DNA of 64,000 nt from Thainema sp. (GCA_052168235.1 JBQLZK010000003.1:1-64000); one strand, 5' to 3'; positions 1 to 10,658 are shown, counted from the first letter of the stretch. Notes: generated by a model from the sequence alone, not told the origin. Program-made: numbers and translations.

Positions 1-270
1 TCACCTTAAGCACTCATCTCCCGAACAACATCGGTTTTCGGATAGGTTCTTAGTCGCTTTTTTCACTTACTAGAACAAGCTTATGTATGTACTCTCTTAT
101 GTACTGTCTTCTTTAATTTAGGTAATAATTTCAACTACCTAGTTATTGCGAGATGAGCAGAGAGACTTTTGGCCAATAAAGTGCGATCGCAAGCAACGCC
201 CCACGCTTTTCCCATACCAAACAAGCTTCGAACTAGAGGAATAACGTAGGCTTCAGAGCCTTTAAAACTC

Positions 271-307
271 AAAGTGAGGGAATTCCTTAAAAGAACTCCC
301 TCACTTT
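271..307 (-). terminator. Probable intrinsic terminator downstream of crhR
   Basis: Inverted repeat aaagtgaggga/tccctcacttt about 60 bp past the crhR stop, T-rich flanks. Confidence 0.55.
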
Positions 308-368
308 TTAGTTTTTAGTTAAATGACTGAAGCCCTTTGTCAGTCACACGTTCTTGTACAACGGTTGA

Positions 369-1775
369 CTATGACTTGGACGATACGGACTTTGGCTTGC
401 CCTTGCTTGGACTGCGCTTGCTGAACTTCTTCTGAGGTGCAGGAGTCGATTCGTCCTGAGCATCCGGTTGCATCCGCATCCAGGAGGGCCGAGTTTGATC
501 GTAAGCCATTTGTAGTGCCGCAGCTGCGATCGCACGCAGGTCGTATTCCTCATTTAACTGCGACACAATCGGCAAGAAAGACGCCATCCGCTCACCAGTA
601 ATCGCATCGCGGATCTGGCTTTGCAGATTTTCTAGGTGACGTGCTGCGATCTCTGCCCGAGTTGGTACAGGTAGAATCTCTACTTTTTGCTGCACATGGC
701 GCTCAATCCGGCGCATGATTGGCTTATCAAGCGGATGCAGGATCGAGATTGCCGTTCCTTCTTTGCCTGCCCGACCTGTTCGACCGATCCGGTGAACGTA
801 GTTCTCGTTGCTATCGGGCAGATCGAAGTTGATCACGTGGGTTAGATCATCCACGTCTAAACCTCGCGCAGCGATATCGGTCGCAACCACCCAGCGAACC
901 TGACGCTGACGGAAGCGGAGCAGTAAGCGTTCCCGCTGGGGCTGCGTCAAATCACCGTGATATTCATCTACGCTGTGTCCAGCAGCCTGAAGCTGACGAG
1001 TGAGATCAGCGGCAGTGCGACGAGTTTTCACGAAGATGATGGCCGATTCTGGATCTTCCATTTCCAAAATGGGTTGGAGTGTCCGAGACTTTGACCAGCC
1101 ACGAGGAACAACATAGCCCACCTGGCGGATTCGCTTCGGCGTTGTCTTGGCATGTTCAACCGTAACCGTTACGGGGGACTGCAAAAACTTGGTCGTCAAC
1201 TCACGAATGGCTGGAGCCATTGTTGCCGAGAAAAACGTAGTTTGTCGCTCAGCCGGAGCCTGACTCAAAATATCTTCGACATCTTGAATGAAGCCCATGT
1301 TCAGCATTTCATCAGCTTCATCTAGCACCAGGCAGCTCAGCTTATCTAGCTTTAGCGCACCTCGGCTGAGTAGATCGAGCACGCGACCGGGGGTGCCGAC
1401 GACGATTTGAGCGCCTTTGCGGAGGCGGCTGATCTGCCGATCGATGGACTGACCACCATACACCGTCATAATGTACAGACGACGATCAATATTGAAATCC
1501 CGCATCGACTGACAAACCTGCATGGCCAGTTCGCGGGTGGGAGTCAAAACCAGTGCCTGTACTGCACCAGAGTTGACATCAACCTGTTCTAGCATGGGCA
1601 GCGCAAACGCTGCGGTCTTACCCGTACCTGTTTGGGCCTGTCCAACGACATCGCGACCGGACAGTAGGTGGGGAATAGCTTCGGCCTGAATCGCAGTCGG
1701 GCTAGTAAATCCAATCTTCTCTAGATGATTTACGCGCGCATCGGATAGACCGAGACTTTTGAATGAAAGGGTCAT
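369..1775 (-). CDS. crhR: DEAD-box RNA helicase (CrhR/DeaD type)
   Basis: Q-motif, AQTGTGKT, PTRELA, DEAD, SAT, HRIGRTGRAG motifs; directly downstream of rimO as in the known cyanobacterial rimO-crhR operon. Confidence 0.92.
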   Translation of the reverse strand: MTLSFKSLGLSDARVNHLEKIGFTSPTAIQAEAIPHLLSGRDVVGQAQTGTGKTAAFALPMLEQVDVNSGAVQALVLTPTRELAMQVCQSMRDFNIDRRLYIMTVYGGQSIDRQISRLRKGAQIVVGTPGRVLDLLSRGALKLDKLSCLVLDEADEMLNMGFIQDVEDILSQAPAERQTTFFSATMAPAIRELTTKFLQSPVTVTVEHAKTTPKRIRQVGYVVPRGWSKSRTLQPILEMEDPESAIIFVKTRRTAADLTRQLQAAGHSVDEYHGDLTQPQRERLLLRFRQRQVRWVVATDIAARGLDVDDLTHVINFDLPDSNENYVHRIGRTGRAGKEGTAISILHPLDKPIMRRIERHVQQKVEILPVPTRAEIAARHLENLQSQIRDAITGERMASFLPIVSQLNEEYDLRAIAAAALQMAYDQTRPSWMRMQPDAQDESTPAPQKKFSKRSPSKGKPKSVSSKS

Positions 1776-1863
1776 GTGTTTTTCTACTCTTGAGTTTGTA
1801 ATCGATCAAAAAAGTGCTTCGAACCCGTTTCAAGCTGACTTCGAAGCCGCTGCGATTCAGACG

Positions 1864-3177
1864 CTAAATAACCACACCATGCAGATCATAGATATCTGCA
1901 TCTTGAATCTGAACCGACACAATGGAACCGAGTCGTGCCTGTCCTTGGACGTACACAACTCCATCTACATCGGGGGCAAATCGCATTGAGCGACCGACAA
2001 GTTCACCTGTCGTCGGATTTTCTTGCTCAATCAATACATCAACGGTTTTGCCAATTTCAGCCTGATTTTTCCGTAGCGAAATCGGTTGCTGAATCATCAT
2101 CAGCTCATCCCGTCGGGCATCCATCACCGCCTGGGGAAGCTGATTCGGCAAGCTATAAGCTGGTGTTCCATCTTCTGGTGAGAAGGTAAACACACCTACA
2201 TGATCAAATTCATGGCGCTGAATAAACGCTTTCAAATGCTCAAAGTGCTCATCTGTTTCACCGGGGAAACCGACAATCAGCGTTGTCCGCATCACCGCAT
2301 TGGGCAGCGCCGTTTTGATCTGTTCAATAATCTGGTCATTAACTTGTCCCTGCCAGGGGCGGTTCATCGCTCGCAGAATTTCAGGATGAGAATGCTGGAG
2401 CGGCAAATCTAGATAAGGCAAAACGTTCGGGACGTTCTGAATTGCGTCTATGACTTTGGGCGTTAAACCCGTTGGATAGGCATAGTGCATCCGAATCCAC
2501 TGAATATCAGTTTTGCCCAAAGCCTGCAATAGTTCCGCTAGCTTGGGTTCACCGTACAAATCCAGACCATAGTTGGTGGTGATCTGGGAAATAAGAACTG
2601 CTTCTTGAACGCCTTCCGCTGCAAGTTGCTGAACCTCAGCCACGATGGATTCGATGGGTCGAGATCGCTGTTTCCCTCTGAGATGAGGAATGATGCAAAA
2701 GGCACAGCGATAATCACAGCCTTCAGCCACGCGCACGTAGGCCACACCTTCAGTCGTTGTACGGTAGCGAGGCACAGTTTCATCAGCGATGTAGGTTGGC
2801 TCAGCCGAGACGGCTTTTACCCGTTCACCCGCTTGCGCCCGCTCAATGACGTTGACGATGCTCTGATAGTCGCCTGTACCGACAACCGCAACAGCTTCTG
2901 GAATTTCCGCCAGCAGCTCATCCTGGAAATGTTGCGCAAGGCATCCCGTAATCACAATTTTCTTGTTGGCTTCGGCCAGATTGACCAAAGTGCGCACAGA
3001 CTCTTCTCGCGCTTCTTGAATGAAGCTACAGGTATTGACAATCACATAGTCCGCCAAATCCTCATTGGAGTCCACCGCATAGCCAGCCTTGACCAGCAAG
3101 CCTAGCATGTGTTCGGTATCCACTCGGTTTTTTTCGCAGCCCAAATGAGAGATGGCAATGGTTGGAAGATTTCCCAT
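1864..3177 (-). CDS. rimO: Ribosomal protein S12 methylthiotransferase
   Basis: N-terminal [10 protein letters not shown] (UPF0004), radical-SAM CxxxCxxC (CDYRCAFC), C-terminal TRAM-like region; ATG at 3177 preferred over TTG at 3189. Confidence 0.95.
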   Translation of the reverse strand: MGNLPTIAISHLGCEKNRVDTEHMLGLLVKAGYAVDSNEDLADYVIVNTCSFIQEAREESVRTLVNLAEANKKIVITGCLAQHFQDELLAEIPEAVAVVGTGDYQSIVNVIERAQAGERVKAVSAEPTYIADETVPRYRTTTEGVAYVRVAEGCDYRCAFCIIPHLRGKQRSRPIESIVAEVQQLAAEGVQEAVLISQITTNYGLDLYGEPKLAELLQALGKTDIQWIRMHYAYPTGLTPKVIDAIQNVPNVLPYLDLPLQHSHPEILRAMNRPWQGQVNDQIIEQIKTALPNAVMRTTLIVGFPGETDEHFEHLKAFIQRHEFDHVGVFTFSPEDGTPAYSLPNQLPQAVMDARRDELMMIQQPISLRKNQAEIGKTVDVLIEQENPTTGELVGRSMRFAPDVDGVVYVQGQARLGSIVSVQIQDADIYDLHGVVI

Positions 3178-3825
3178 GAACGTTGGCAACAGTATCCAAA
3201 TAGTTTCAGGTCAGTTCAAGCTTAGGTCAGATTCGGATTCAACCTTGTCGAACCATTATCGAGGCTCTTCGGAGCCATTTCACTCAACGTTAAACTTTCA
3301 GTCATCCAATGAGTGAAATCTCAAACCTAGCGTTAACAGCGATAAGGTAAAGCACCTAAGCTTACTCGAAGCGATCGCACCGACGTTAACTGAAACTTGT
3401 GGGATAAACTTCACTCCCAGAAGTGGAAGCTGTACCAAGCGTACCAACGACAGTTACGTTCGCAATGGCTATCTTAACGCACAATCGATAACATAACTAC
3501 ACAATCTGACGAGAATTTCCCAAAAGTAGGTCAGGATTTCCCAACAAACTACGCGTTAAACCCTGCCCGGTATCGCGGAATACTGTGAAGACAAGCAGTT
3601 ACAGGTAGCGAGCTGTCTTCCTCTATTCCCTCAAAATATTAATTATAAGGAGTGAGAGGGGGACGGGTCAGATGGGTGATGGGGCAACACGCCATCACTC
3701 CTTATCGACTTCCTTGACTCCCTCGACAACCCTTCCCTTGCATCCGGTACATTTCGGCTTCGCTCAACACACCCTTACGACTCCCTAGATTCCCTTTATC
3801 GTCCTCTACAGCCTCAAATTCCCTC

Positions 3826-5238
3826 TCACACCATCTCCTCTGGCCGCACCAACCGATCAAACTCTTCTCCTGTTAGCAAACCTAACTCAACACAGGCTTG
3901 CCGCAAGGTAATTTGCTCGGCGTAGGCTTTTTTCGCGACTTTGGCGGCATTGTCGTAGCCGATATGAGGATTGAGCGCTGTGACCAGCATGAGCGAGTTT
4001 TCGACAAAATGCTGAATTTGGGCGTGGTTCACCTGTAGGCCAACCACTAGATGATCGGTAAACAAGTCACAGGCATCGGCCAGCAGTCGAATCGAGTTGA
4101 GCAGGTTAAAAATCATCATCGGCTTGAACACATTCAGTTCAAAATTGCCCTGAGTTGCGGCGATCCCAATCGCGGCATCGTTACCCAAAACCTGAACGCA
4201 CACCATCGTCATCGCCTCGCACTGAGTTGGGTTTACTTTACCCGGCATGATCGATGATCCCGGCTCATTGGCAGGTAGCAGCAACTCCCCCAAACCACAG
4301 CGGGGACCTGATCCCAGCCAGCGCAGGTCGTTGGCGATTTTCATCAAAGCACAGGCTAGAGTTTTAAGCGCACCACTGGTCATTGCGATCGCATCATGGG
4401 CAGCGAGGGCTGAAAACTTATTCGGCGCACTGACGAAAGGTAAACTCGTCATCTGGGCAATTTGGGCCGCGACTCGATCGGCAAATTCGGGATGAGTGTT
4501 AAGCCCGGTGCCAACTGCCGTACCGCCAATTGCCAATTCATAGAGATCCGGTAAGGTGTGCTGAATGCGAACCAGATCCTTATCTAACTGATCGACATAG
4601 CCGGAAAATTCCTGGCCCAGCGTCAGCGGCACTGCATCCATTAAGTGAGTGCGGCCAATTTTGACAACTTCCGCATACTCCTGCTGCTTCTCAGCCAAAG
4701 CGTCCCGCAGCTTAGCCACCATTGGCAGTAGATGATGATGAATTTGCTCCACTGCCGCAATGTGCATCGCCGTTGGGAACGTGTCGTTAGACGACTGGGA
4801 CATGTTGACGTGGTCGTTGGGGTGAACGGGATCTTTGCTGCCCATTGTGCCCCCAGCTAGCTCAATCGCCCGGTTGGCAATCACCTCATTACTATTCATA
4901 TTGGTCTGCGTACCGCTACCTGTTTGCCAAATCCGCAGCGGAAAGTGACCGTCAAGCTGGCCGGAGATCACCTCATCTGCTGCCTTCAGCATTAGCTCCG
5001 CTTTTTCCGGCGCGAGTTTACCCAGATCTCGATTTGCGATCGCAGCCGCTTTTTTCAAAATGCCCAGTGCCCGGATCATCTCGCGGGGCATCGTGTCATG
5101 ACCGATAGCAAAGTGAATCTGCGATCGCTGGGTTTGTGCGCCCCAGTAGCGATCGGCGGGTACTGCAATTTGGCCCATGCTATCTGTTTCAATCCGGGTC
5201 TCAATTTGGGCCTCTGCGGGAGATTTAGCGTCGGTCAT
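3826..5238 (-). CDS. fumC: Class II fumarate hydratase
   Basis: [42 protein letters not shown] signature. Confidence 0.97.
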   Translation of the reverse strand: MTDAKSPAEAQIETRIETDSMGQIAVPADRYWGAQTQRSQIHFAIGHDTMPREMIRALGILKKAAAIANRDLGKLAPEKAELMLKAADEVISGQLDGHFPLRIWQTGSGTQTNMNSNEVIANRAIELAGGTMGSKDPVHPNDHVNMSQSSNDTFPTAMHIAAVEQIHHHLLPMVAKLRDALAEKQQEYAEVVKIGRTHLMDAVPLTLGQEFSGYVDQLDKDLVRIQHTLPDLYELAIGGTAVGTGLNTHPEFADRVAAQIAQMTSLPFVSAPNKFSALAAHDAIAMTSGALKTLACALMKIANDLRWLGSGPRCGLGELLLPANEPGSSIMPGKVNPTQCEAMTMVCVQVLGNDAAIGIAATQGNFELNVFKPMMIFNLLNSIRLLADACDLFTDHLVVGLQVNHAQIQHFVENSLMLVTALNPHIGYDNAAKVAKKAYAEQITLRQACVELGLLTGEEFDRLVRPEEMV

Positions 5239-5439
5239 GACTGTAATTTTGCACGTTGCGCTTGACTTAACCCTGGCATTTTAGCCTGCATCTCCTCCTT
5301 ACTACGCGATCAGATCCATGACCAGCGAAAGACATGCCTGAGTTAATGTCCCCTCCTCTGAAAGACTCATGAAACCTGGGGTCTGAAATAAGGTGAAACC
5401 AATGCATATTCATGCACCGTTAAGGAGGACGCAAATAAT

Positions 5440-5748
5440 ATGGCAGATAAACAAAATCGCAATATGCCCGGCAATCCGAAGGAAGCAGAGCCAGGTCGTG
5501 GTGCCCCCGGTAGTCAATGGGGTGTACAAACAGCTCAACCCACTGATGTGAATCCTGCCGATACTAAAATTCCAACTGACGAGCACGTTGACGAAAATGT
5601 GCAGGATGTCAGAGCTGAAGCCGAACAGGAAAAAGGCAGCGGCATGAAAACGACGGACGGCTATGTGATTGACGAAGCCGATCGTTTAGATAACTTTGCC
5701 GTTGAGCCACCGATGTATGTTGAAGGCGAAGATAAGCCAAAGCGATAA
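5440..5748 (+). CDS. Acidic hypothetical protein with a Psb34/Ssl1498-like DEAxRLDNFAVEP motif
   Basis: AAGGAGG RBS upstream, terminator downstream; motif recognised by eye. Confidence 0.75.
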   Translation: MADKQNRNMPGNPKEAEPGRGAPGSQWGVQTAQPTDVNPADTKIPTDEHVDENVQDVRAEAEQEKGSGMKTTDGYVIDEADRLDNFAVEPPMYVEGEDKPKR

Positions 5749-5761
5749 TTCTGCAGAAGAA

Positions 5762-5800
5762 TGCGACAAAATCCCGCACTTGGTGCGGGATTTTGTTGCA
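5762..5800. terminator. Bidirectional terminator hairpin between convergent genes
   Basis: 18-bp stem tgcgacaaaatcccgcac-ttg-gtgcgggattttgttgca (one G-U). Confidence 0.75.
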
Positions 5801-5825
5801 TAGTCTCCCAGATGACTCGTATCAC

Positions 5826-6905
5826 CTAATACCGCTTAGCCAAGCGATTCAGCGTCGCTGCCATCACATCAGTTGTTTGACCAAACACCGTATAGGCTAG
5901 GGCTTCACGATAAACCCGCTGGGCTGGATGATAACTGTAATTGGCTGATCCCCGCGAAACCGCAACGGCTGCCTGGGCACAGCGAACCGCCAGTTCAATC
6001 GCCCAAGCTCTTAGTTTCACTCGCTGGGCGAGTTCAATATTGCCAGCCTGTGCCGCGTACATTTGCTGCCGACAGGTGCGAACTTCTTCATCCAGCGCTT
6101 GCCAAGCAGTAGCTACACACTCGGGCCGCTGACGCTGCACGGCAGCCATGATATTGAGGCCAGCACGGGCGCAGCCAATCGCAAAAAAGCCGTGATTGAG
6201 CGCACCACGCCGATCTTTTTGAGCCAACCAGTCAGCGGGATGAACCGCCACGACATAGTCTTGAGGAATAAACCAGTCCGCGATGCGGGCTTTGACGGTT
6301 TGAGTTGATCCCATCGCCGCAAGCTGCATGGGAGGACTGAGTTCAATGCGGCTGGTCGTAGACTGAGTCACGCTAGCCAGCGGGACCAGCCCGAGAACAA
6401 ACTGACCATCCGGTAGCTGTGCCCCCAAGATAAATTCCCGAAAACACTGATAGCCCGTCACCCACGGCACTTCTCCCGAAACCCGAAATCCGCCTTTGAC
6501 CGCTTTGGCTCGTACAGAAGGCGGATCGGTGCGGCGCAGATGGGAGTATCCAATACCAAGCAAGATTTGGCCAGAGCTAAGATAAGGCAAATAGGCTTTC
6601 TGTAACGGTTTATTGTGGCTATACTCCAGCATTTGAGATGCACTCTGGTGCTGGGTTTGCAGAAAGGCCAACGCGCCTGAATAGGTTGCCACCTTTTCTT
6701 GAAAGGCCCAAAAGGTCAGGGGATCAACCTCGGGCGCGCCCCAGCGGGTTGATAAGCGTAAGGCGAGTAAGTTGCGATCGCCCATTTGTCGCAGCGCAAA
6801 TTCCAGCTCACGCGGATCATGATCCAGCACTCCAGCATAGGGCGCAACTTGTTCGCGCAGGTAAGCATCAATCTGCTTCAAAAATTCAGTTTCGACTGTC
6901 ACCAC
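5826..6905 (-). CDS. Acyl-CoA dehydrogenase family protein
   Basis: ACAD-like layout: SGALAFLQTQHQ, VSGEVPWVTG, C-terminal GSANYSYHPAQRVYREA. Confidence 0.8.
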   Translation of the reverse strand: MVTVETEFLKQIDAYLREQVAPYAGVLDHDPRELEFALRQMGDRNLLALRLSTRWGAPEVDPLTFWAFQEKVATYSGALAFLQTQHQSASQMLEYSHNKPLQKAYLPYLSSGQILLGIGYSHLRRTDPPSVRAKAVKGGFRVSGEVPWVTGYQCFREFILGAQLPDGQFVLGLVPLASVTQSTTSRIELSPPMQLAAMGSTQTVKARIADWFIPQDYVVAVHPADWLAQKDRRGALNHGFFAIGCARAGLNIMAAVQRQRPECVATAWQALDEEVRTCRQQMYAAQAGNIELAQRVKLRAWAIELAVRCAQAAVAVSRGSANYSYHPAQRVYREALAYTVFGQTTDVMAATLNRLAKRY

Positions 6906-6931
6906 TCGGTCTTGGTTACGATAAACAGCTT

Positions 6932-7036
6932 TATAGCCTTTCCTGGGCTACTGAGGTACAAGTTATTTTTTGGAAGCCGCGCGGAGCGCGGCTTCCAAAA
7001 AATAACTTACTCTTTATTAGCGCAAGAAGCGCTTTA
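6932..7036. mobile_element. Degenerate TATAG-ended miniature element with a perfect 23-bp internal hairpin (6960-7008)
   Basis: Left end tatagcctttcctgggctactga resembles reverse complement of right end (taaagcgcttcttgcgctaataa); stem aagttattttttggaagccgcgc-gga-gcgcggcttccaaaaaataactt. Confidence 0.6.
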
Positions 7037-7119
7037 CATCGTTGTGATACTCATTATCCGTGGCAAAATTTGATTTGTGCAACACGGTAGCGTACCCGCG
7101 CAACAAATAATCAACTTTC

Positions 7120-7977
7120 TTGCCTGTGGCTCAACTTCAGCGAATTACGGTTTCTAGCCATCAAATTACTCACCAGTCCAATCAGCCCTACATCGTGCTG
7201 ACACCGGAGCAGTATCACTATCTGCATCGAGTGCTGCGCCTAGAAACTGGGGATCAGTTTGTTGCAATGGATGGCGTGGGTCACTGGTGGCTCTCCCAAC
7301 TGGCCACCGAAGGGCAATCGGCCCGGATTTTACGGGAACTAGCCGACCACCAAGCCAGTAACACCGAATTACCACTTACGGTCACCCTCGTAGCAGCCTT
7401 ACCCAAAGGAAATGGCTTTGATGAAGTTGTTCGCCAAGTGACGGAACTCGGCGTGACTCGAATTATGCCCGTCATTAGCGATCGCACATTGCTCAAGCCC
7501 AGCGATAACCGCCTCAAACGCTGGCAGCGGATCGCCAATGAAGCCGCTGAACAGTCAGAACGCCGCGTGATCCCCACCGTCAGCGACCCAATTACCCTGC
7601 GCCAGTTGTTCCAAGAGTCCAATCATACGCTTCAATATATTGCCGTTGCCCGCGGAAACTGGCCTTCACTCCTACAGCAATTACAACTAGATCTTTCTCA
7701 GATAGGCGGGGATCAACCCACAGCCAGCCAGCCAGCCACCAACCATCAACCATTAACCATTAACCCATCCACCCTCAACAGCCTCACCATCGCCATCGGC
7801 CCCGAAGGTGGCTGGACAACAGACGAAATTGAATCTGCGATCGCAGTTGGCTACCAGCCCATTTCTCTGGGCAACCGAGTTCTAAGAGCCGTCACAGCTC
7901 CAGTTGTTGCTTTAGCGACGATTGCAGCAGCTTTAGAGCCTTTACCTCTACACACAGTTTCATTCACAGAGGAATAA
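7120..7977 (+). CDS. rsmE: 16S rRNA m3U1498 methyltransferase
   Basis: HYLHRVLRL, VTELGV, EAAEQSER, IGPEGGW, LGNRVLRAVTA SPOUT motifs. Confidence 0.93.
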   Translation: MPVAQLQRITVSSHQITHQSNQPYIVLTPEQYHYLHRVLRLETGDQFVAMDGVGHWWLSQLATEGQSARILRELADHQASNTELPLTVTLVAALPKGNGFDEVVRQVTELGVTRIMPVISDRTLLKPSDNRLKRWQRIANEAAEQSERRVIPTVSDPITLRQLFQESNHTLQYIAVARGNWPSLLQQLQLDLSQIGGDQPTASQPATNHQPLTINPSTLNSLTIAIGPEGGWTTDEIESAIAVGYQPISLGNRVLRAVTAPVVALATIAAALEPLPLHTVSFTEE

Positions 7978-8234
7978 TTCAAATGCTGTATAACTCCTGA
8001 ATGACTTCGTAACGGTTGCTTATTTCGATTAGTAGAGAAATCGAGTTCGTGTATAATCCCGTGGTCTTTCTTTTGCCAGAACTTATCCTAATAAAATCCA
8101 AAGTTATCGATTTTTTCACATTTCTGCGTCACGGTGATTGTAGAGTTGAACAATCGACTCTTAGGTGACTTGAGCTGGAACAATTAATCCATCGTTTCAG
8201 ACAAGTCCTTAGATAAAAAACGAGATTAAGAACT

Positions 8235-8324
8235 ATGCAAGCTTCTTTGCTTTGGTTATTTCAAATTCTAGCTGTTGTACTGGGCGTTGCTGCCCTCTCG
8301 CCTCTGATGCACATGCATCCGTAG
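8235..8324 (+). CDS. Putative 29-aa single-TM small protein MQASLLWLFQILAVVLGVAALSPLMHMHP
   Basis: Manually translated ATG..TAG; continuous hydrophobic stretch; lies in an otherwise empty 500-bp gap, TATAAT at 8052-8057. Confidence 0.4.
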   Translation: MQASLLWLFQILAVVLGVAALSPLMHMHP

Positions 8325-8472
8325 CGATTGAGACCAGCATAGCAAGCCCACGAGCTAATCTTATGAGCTAATAGGCGGCAGCGATTGAACATCAATCTTG
8401 AAATGATCGACATAAACTCAACGAATCATTTACATAACGCACATAAATACTGAAACGAAAAATCATGAAGCT

Positions 8473-8853
8473 ATGAACGTTGTTGACATTCTCAAAGATG
8501 ATTATCAGAGATTTCCGCAGAATCAAAGCTTTGATCTGTATGCAGACGACGTTTATTTCAAAGATCCGCTAAATGAATTTCGAGGCGTCAAAAAATATCG
8601 CCAGATGATTGGCTTCATCGACAAGTGGTTTATTGATACCCACATGGAGCTGCACGATATTAAGCAAGAGGGATACACCATCTACACAAAGTGGACACTG
8701 CACTTTACAGCTCCAACCTGGTGGAAACCCAGAATTTCGATTCCAGGCTGGAGCGAATTAGAGCTGAATGATCACGGATTAGTCGCTTCACATTTAGACG
8801 GCTGGAACTGCTCCCGTTTCAGCGTTGTGAAGCAGGTGTTTCCGTTTCTGTAG
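8473..8853 (+). CDS. DUF2358 / SnoaL-like (NTF2-fold) protein
   Basis: LYADDVYFKDPLNEFRG..Y and WTLHF..WWKPRISIPGWSEL typical of cyanobacterial DUF2358. Confidence 0.8.
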   Translation: MNVVDILKDDYQRFPQNQSFDLYADDVYFKDPLNEFRGVKKYRQMIGFIDKWFIDTHMELHDIKQEGYTIYTKWTLHFTAPTWWKPRISIPGWSELELNDHGLVASHLDGWNCSRFSVVKQVFPFL

Positions 8854-9769
8854 TAGGTACTAACCGATCTAAGGCGTTGCCTCGTTGCACAATTTCGACA
8901 TAAATATGCTCTAAGCGCACAGGCTGACGCGAGATAGAATCTAGCGGGATGCCATCAAATCGATCCAAAATGTCTCGCAGTTCTAAATGTTCCGGAATCC
9001 AAAAGGCAAGATCCGATCCGTAACGACGGGGTACAAATCCATACGGTTTCACGTGATTAATCGCTTCTTCTTCCGCCGCCGTGCTAATTGTGACGATTTC
9101 CTTGGCCGGAACATAGCGCTGAAGTTCGCTCAGTGTACCTTCCGCCAAAATTTGGCCTTGGCGAATAATGCCGATGCGATCGCACAATCGCTCGGCCTCT
9201 TCCAGTAGATGCGTGGTCAGCAATAGCGTGATCCCCTGCCGCTGCAACTTGCGAATCAGCTCCCACACTTCATAACGAGCTTCAATATCCAGTCCAGTGG
9301 TTGGCTCATCTAGGATCACCAGTTTGGGATGATGTACTAGGGCAACCGCTAAGCTTAACCGCCGCTGCATACCACCGCTGAGCGTTTCAACGGTTTGATT
9401 AGCGCGCTCTTGTAAGTTCACCGCTGCGAGACAATCTTGAATAGAGTGCGATCGCAGTTTGCGCGGCACACCATAAAGCTGAGCAAAAAAGCGTAGATTT
9501 TCCGCACAGGTCAAGTTGCGATAGAGCAGATTCTCTTGAGGAACGACACCAATCAGGGATTTAGTCTGAACGGAAGCCGGTCGATGATCAATCTGAATAC
9601 GGCCCCGATCTGGACGCAGCAGATCGCAGATTAAATTAATAGTTGTTGTTTTACCTGCACCATTCGGTCCCAGAAGGCCGTAGATTTCTCCCGCCGCAAT
9701 CTGAAACGATAGATCTTGGAGTAGCGGACGTTTATCGGCAAATTTCCAAAGGTGCTCAACCTGTAACAT
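8819..9769 (-). CDS. ABC transporter ATP-binding protein (ABC-2/DrrA-like)
   Basis: Walker A GPNGAGKTT, LSGGMQRR, ILDEPT, H-loop; ATG at 9769 chosen; 3' end overlaps the DUF2358 gene by 35 bp. Confidence 0.9.
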   Translation of the reverse strand: MLQVEHLWKFADKRPLLQDLSFQIAAGEIYGLLGPNGAGKTTTINLICDLLRPDRGRIQIDHRPASVQTKSLIGVVPQENLLYRNLTCAENLRFFAQLYGVPRKLRSHSIQDCLAAVNLQERANQTVETLSGGMQRRLSLAVALVHHPKLVILDEPTTGLDIEARYEVWELIRKLQRQGITLLLTTHLLEEAERLCDRIGIIRQGQILAEGTLSELQRYVPAKEIVTISTAAEEEAINHVKPYGFVPRRYGSDLAFWIPEHLELRDILDRFDGIPLDSISRQPVRLEHIYVEIVQRGNALDRLVPTTETETPASQR

Positions 9770-9861
9770 GAAGCTACGCCAACGGTTAAAGATAACGGGA
9801 ACGAATGTGCTCAGTAAAGCATAGCCCAACTTAGCGAATTCGGTATTCGCACTATACAAAC

Positions 9862-9910
9862 AAAAAGCGGATTTGAAAACTTGTTGCTAATGAGGTTTCC
9901 AAATCCGCTT
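9862..9910 (-). terminator. Probable terminator of hspA
   Basis: aagcggatttg...caaatccgctt stem followed by a T-run on the minus strand. Confidence 0.6.
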
Positions 9911-9954
9911 CTTTCAAATCAAGCTAATGTCCCTTTATCTAGACTGCCATACCG

Positions 9955-10398
9955 CTAGCCAAGGCTAACTTTCACAACTTTGTTTTTCTCATCTTCTGCT
10001 TTCGGCAATGTTAGATGCAGAACGCCATTCTTGTAATCGGCAGTAACATTTTGATTGTCGATCCGTCCAGGAAGCGGAATAACCCGTTGGAATCGACCGT
10101 AGCGGAATTCAGACCGAGTTGAACCGTTGCTTTCTTCCGTTTTTTCGGACTTACGCTCACCACTGATAGAAACCGATTCAGCAGTTACTTCAACATTCAG
10201 CTCTTTAGGTTCCATTCCTGGAATTTCTAGCTTCAGTTGATAGTTATCATCAGTTTCTTCTAACTCAGCTGCTGGCGAGAATGACAGACCAAAACCATCA
10301 GGTCGAGCCGATGAAGACAGCACATCATTGAACAGGCGGTTCATTTCCCGTTGAATGTCCTGCATTTCGTGAAAGGGTTTCCAGCGTACGAGTGACAT
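9955..10398 (-). CDS. hspA: Small heat shock protein, Hsp20 family
   Basis: Alpha-crystallin domain: SEFRYGRFQRVIPLP, ADYKNGVLHLTLPK; AGGAGG RBS. Confidence 0.93.
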   Translation of the reverse strand: MSLVRWKPFHEMQDIQREMNRLFNDVLSSSARPDGFGLSFSPAAELEETDDNYQLKLEIPGMEPKELNVEVTAESVSISGERKSEKTEESNGSTRSEFRYGRFQRVIPLPGRIDNQNVTADYKNGVLHLTLPKAEDEKNKVVKVSLG

Positions 10399-10658
10399 AG
10401 CCTATCCTCCTTGAAAATCAATCAACAAGGTAGATCAATCCACAAACGCTTGATTGAACTCTACACTTTAAATATATGCCAGCAACTTTAGACGTGAAAG
10501 TTCGGTTTAGAGAACAATTAACCGCATTTACCGAATCCGAGCCGAGTCTGGTTTAGTGACTTGGTTTAAATCAGTAGCGCAATGATAAATCACCATCTCT
10601 TCTCAGACTGATCAAGCCCATAGCTAGCCGCATTTCTAATTGTCCATTTGTTAGCTAG

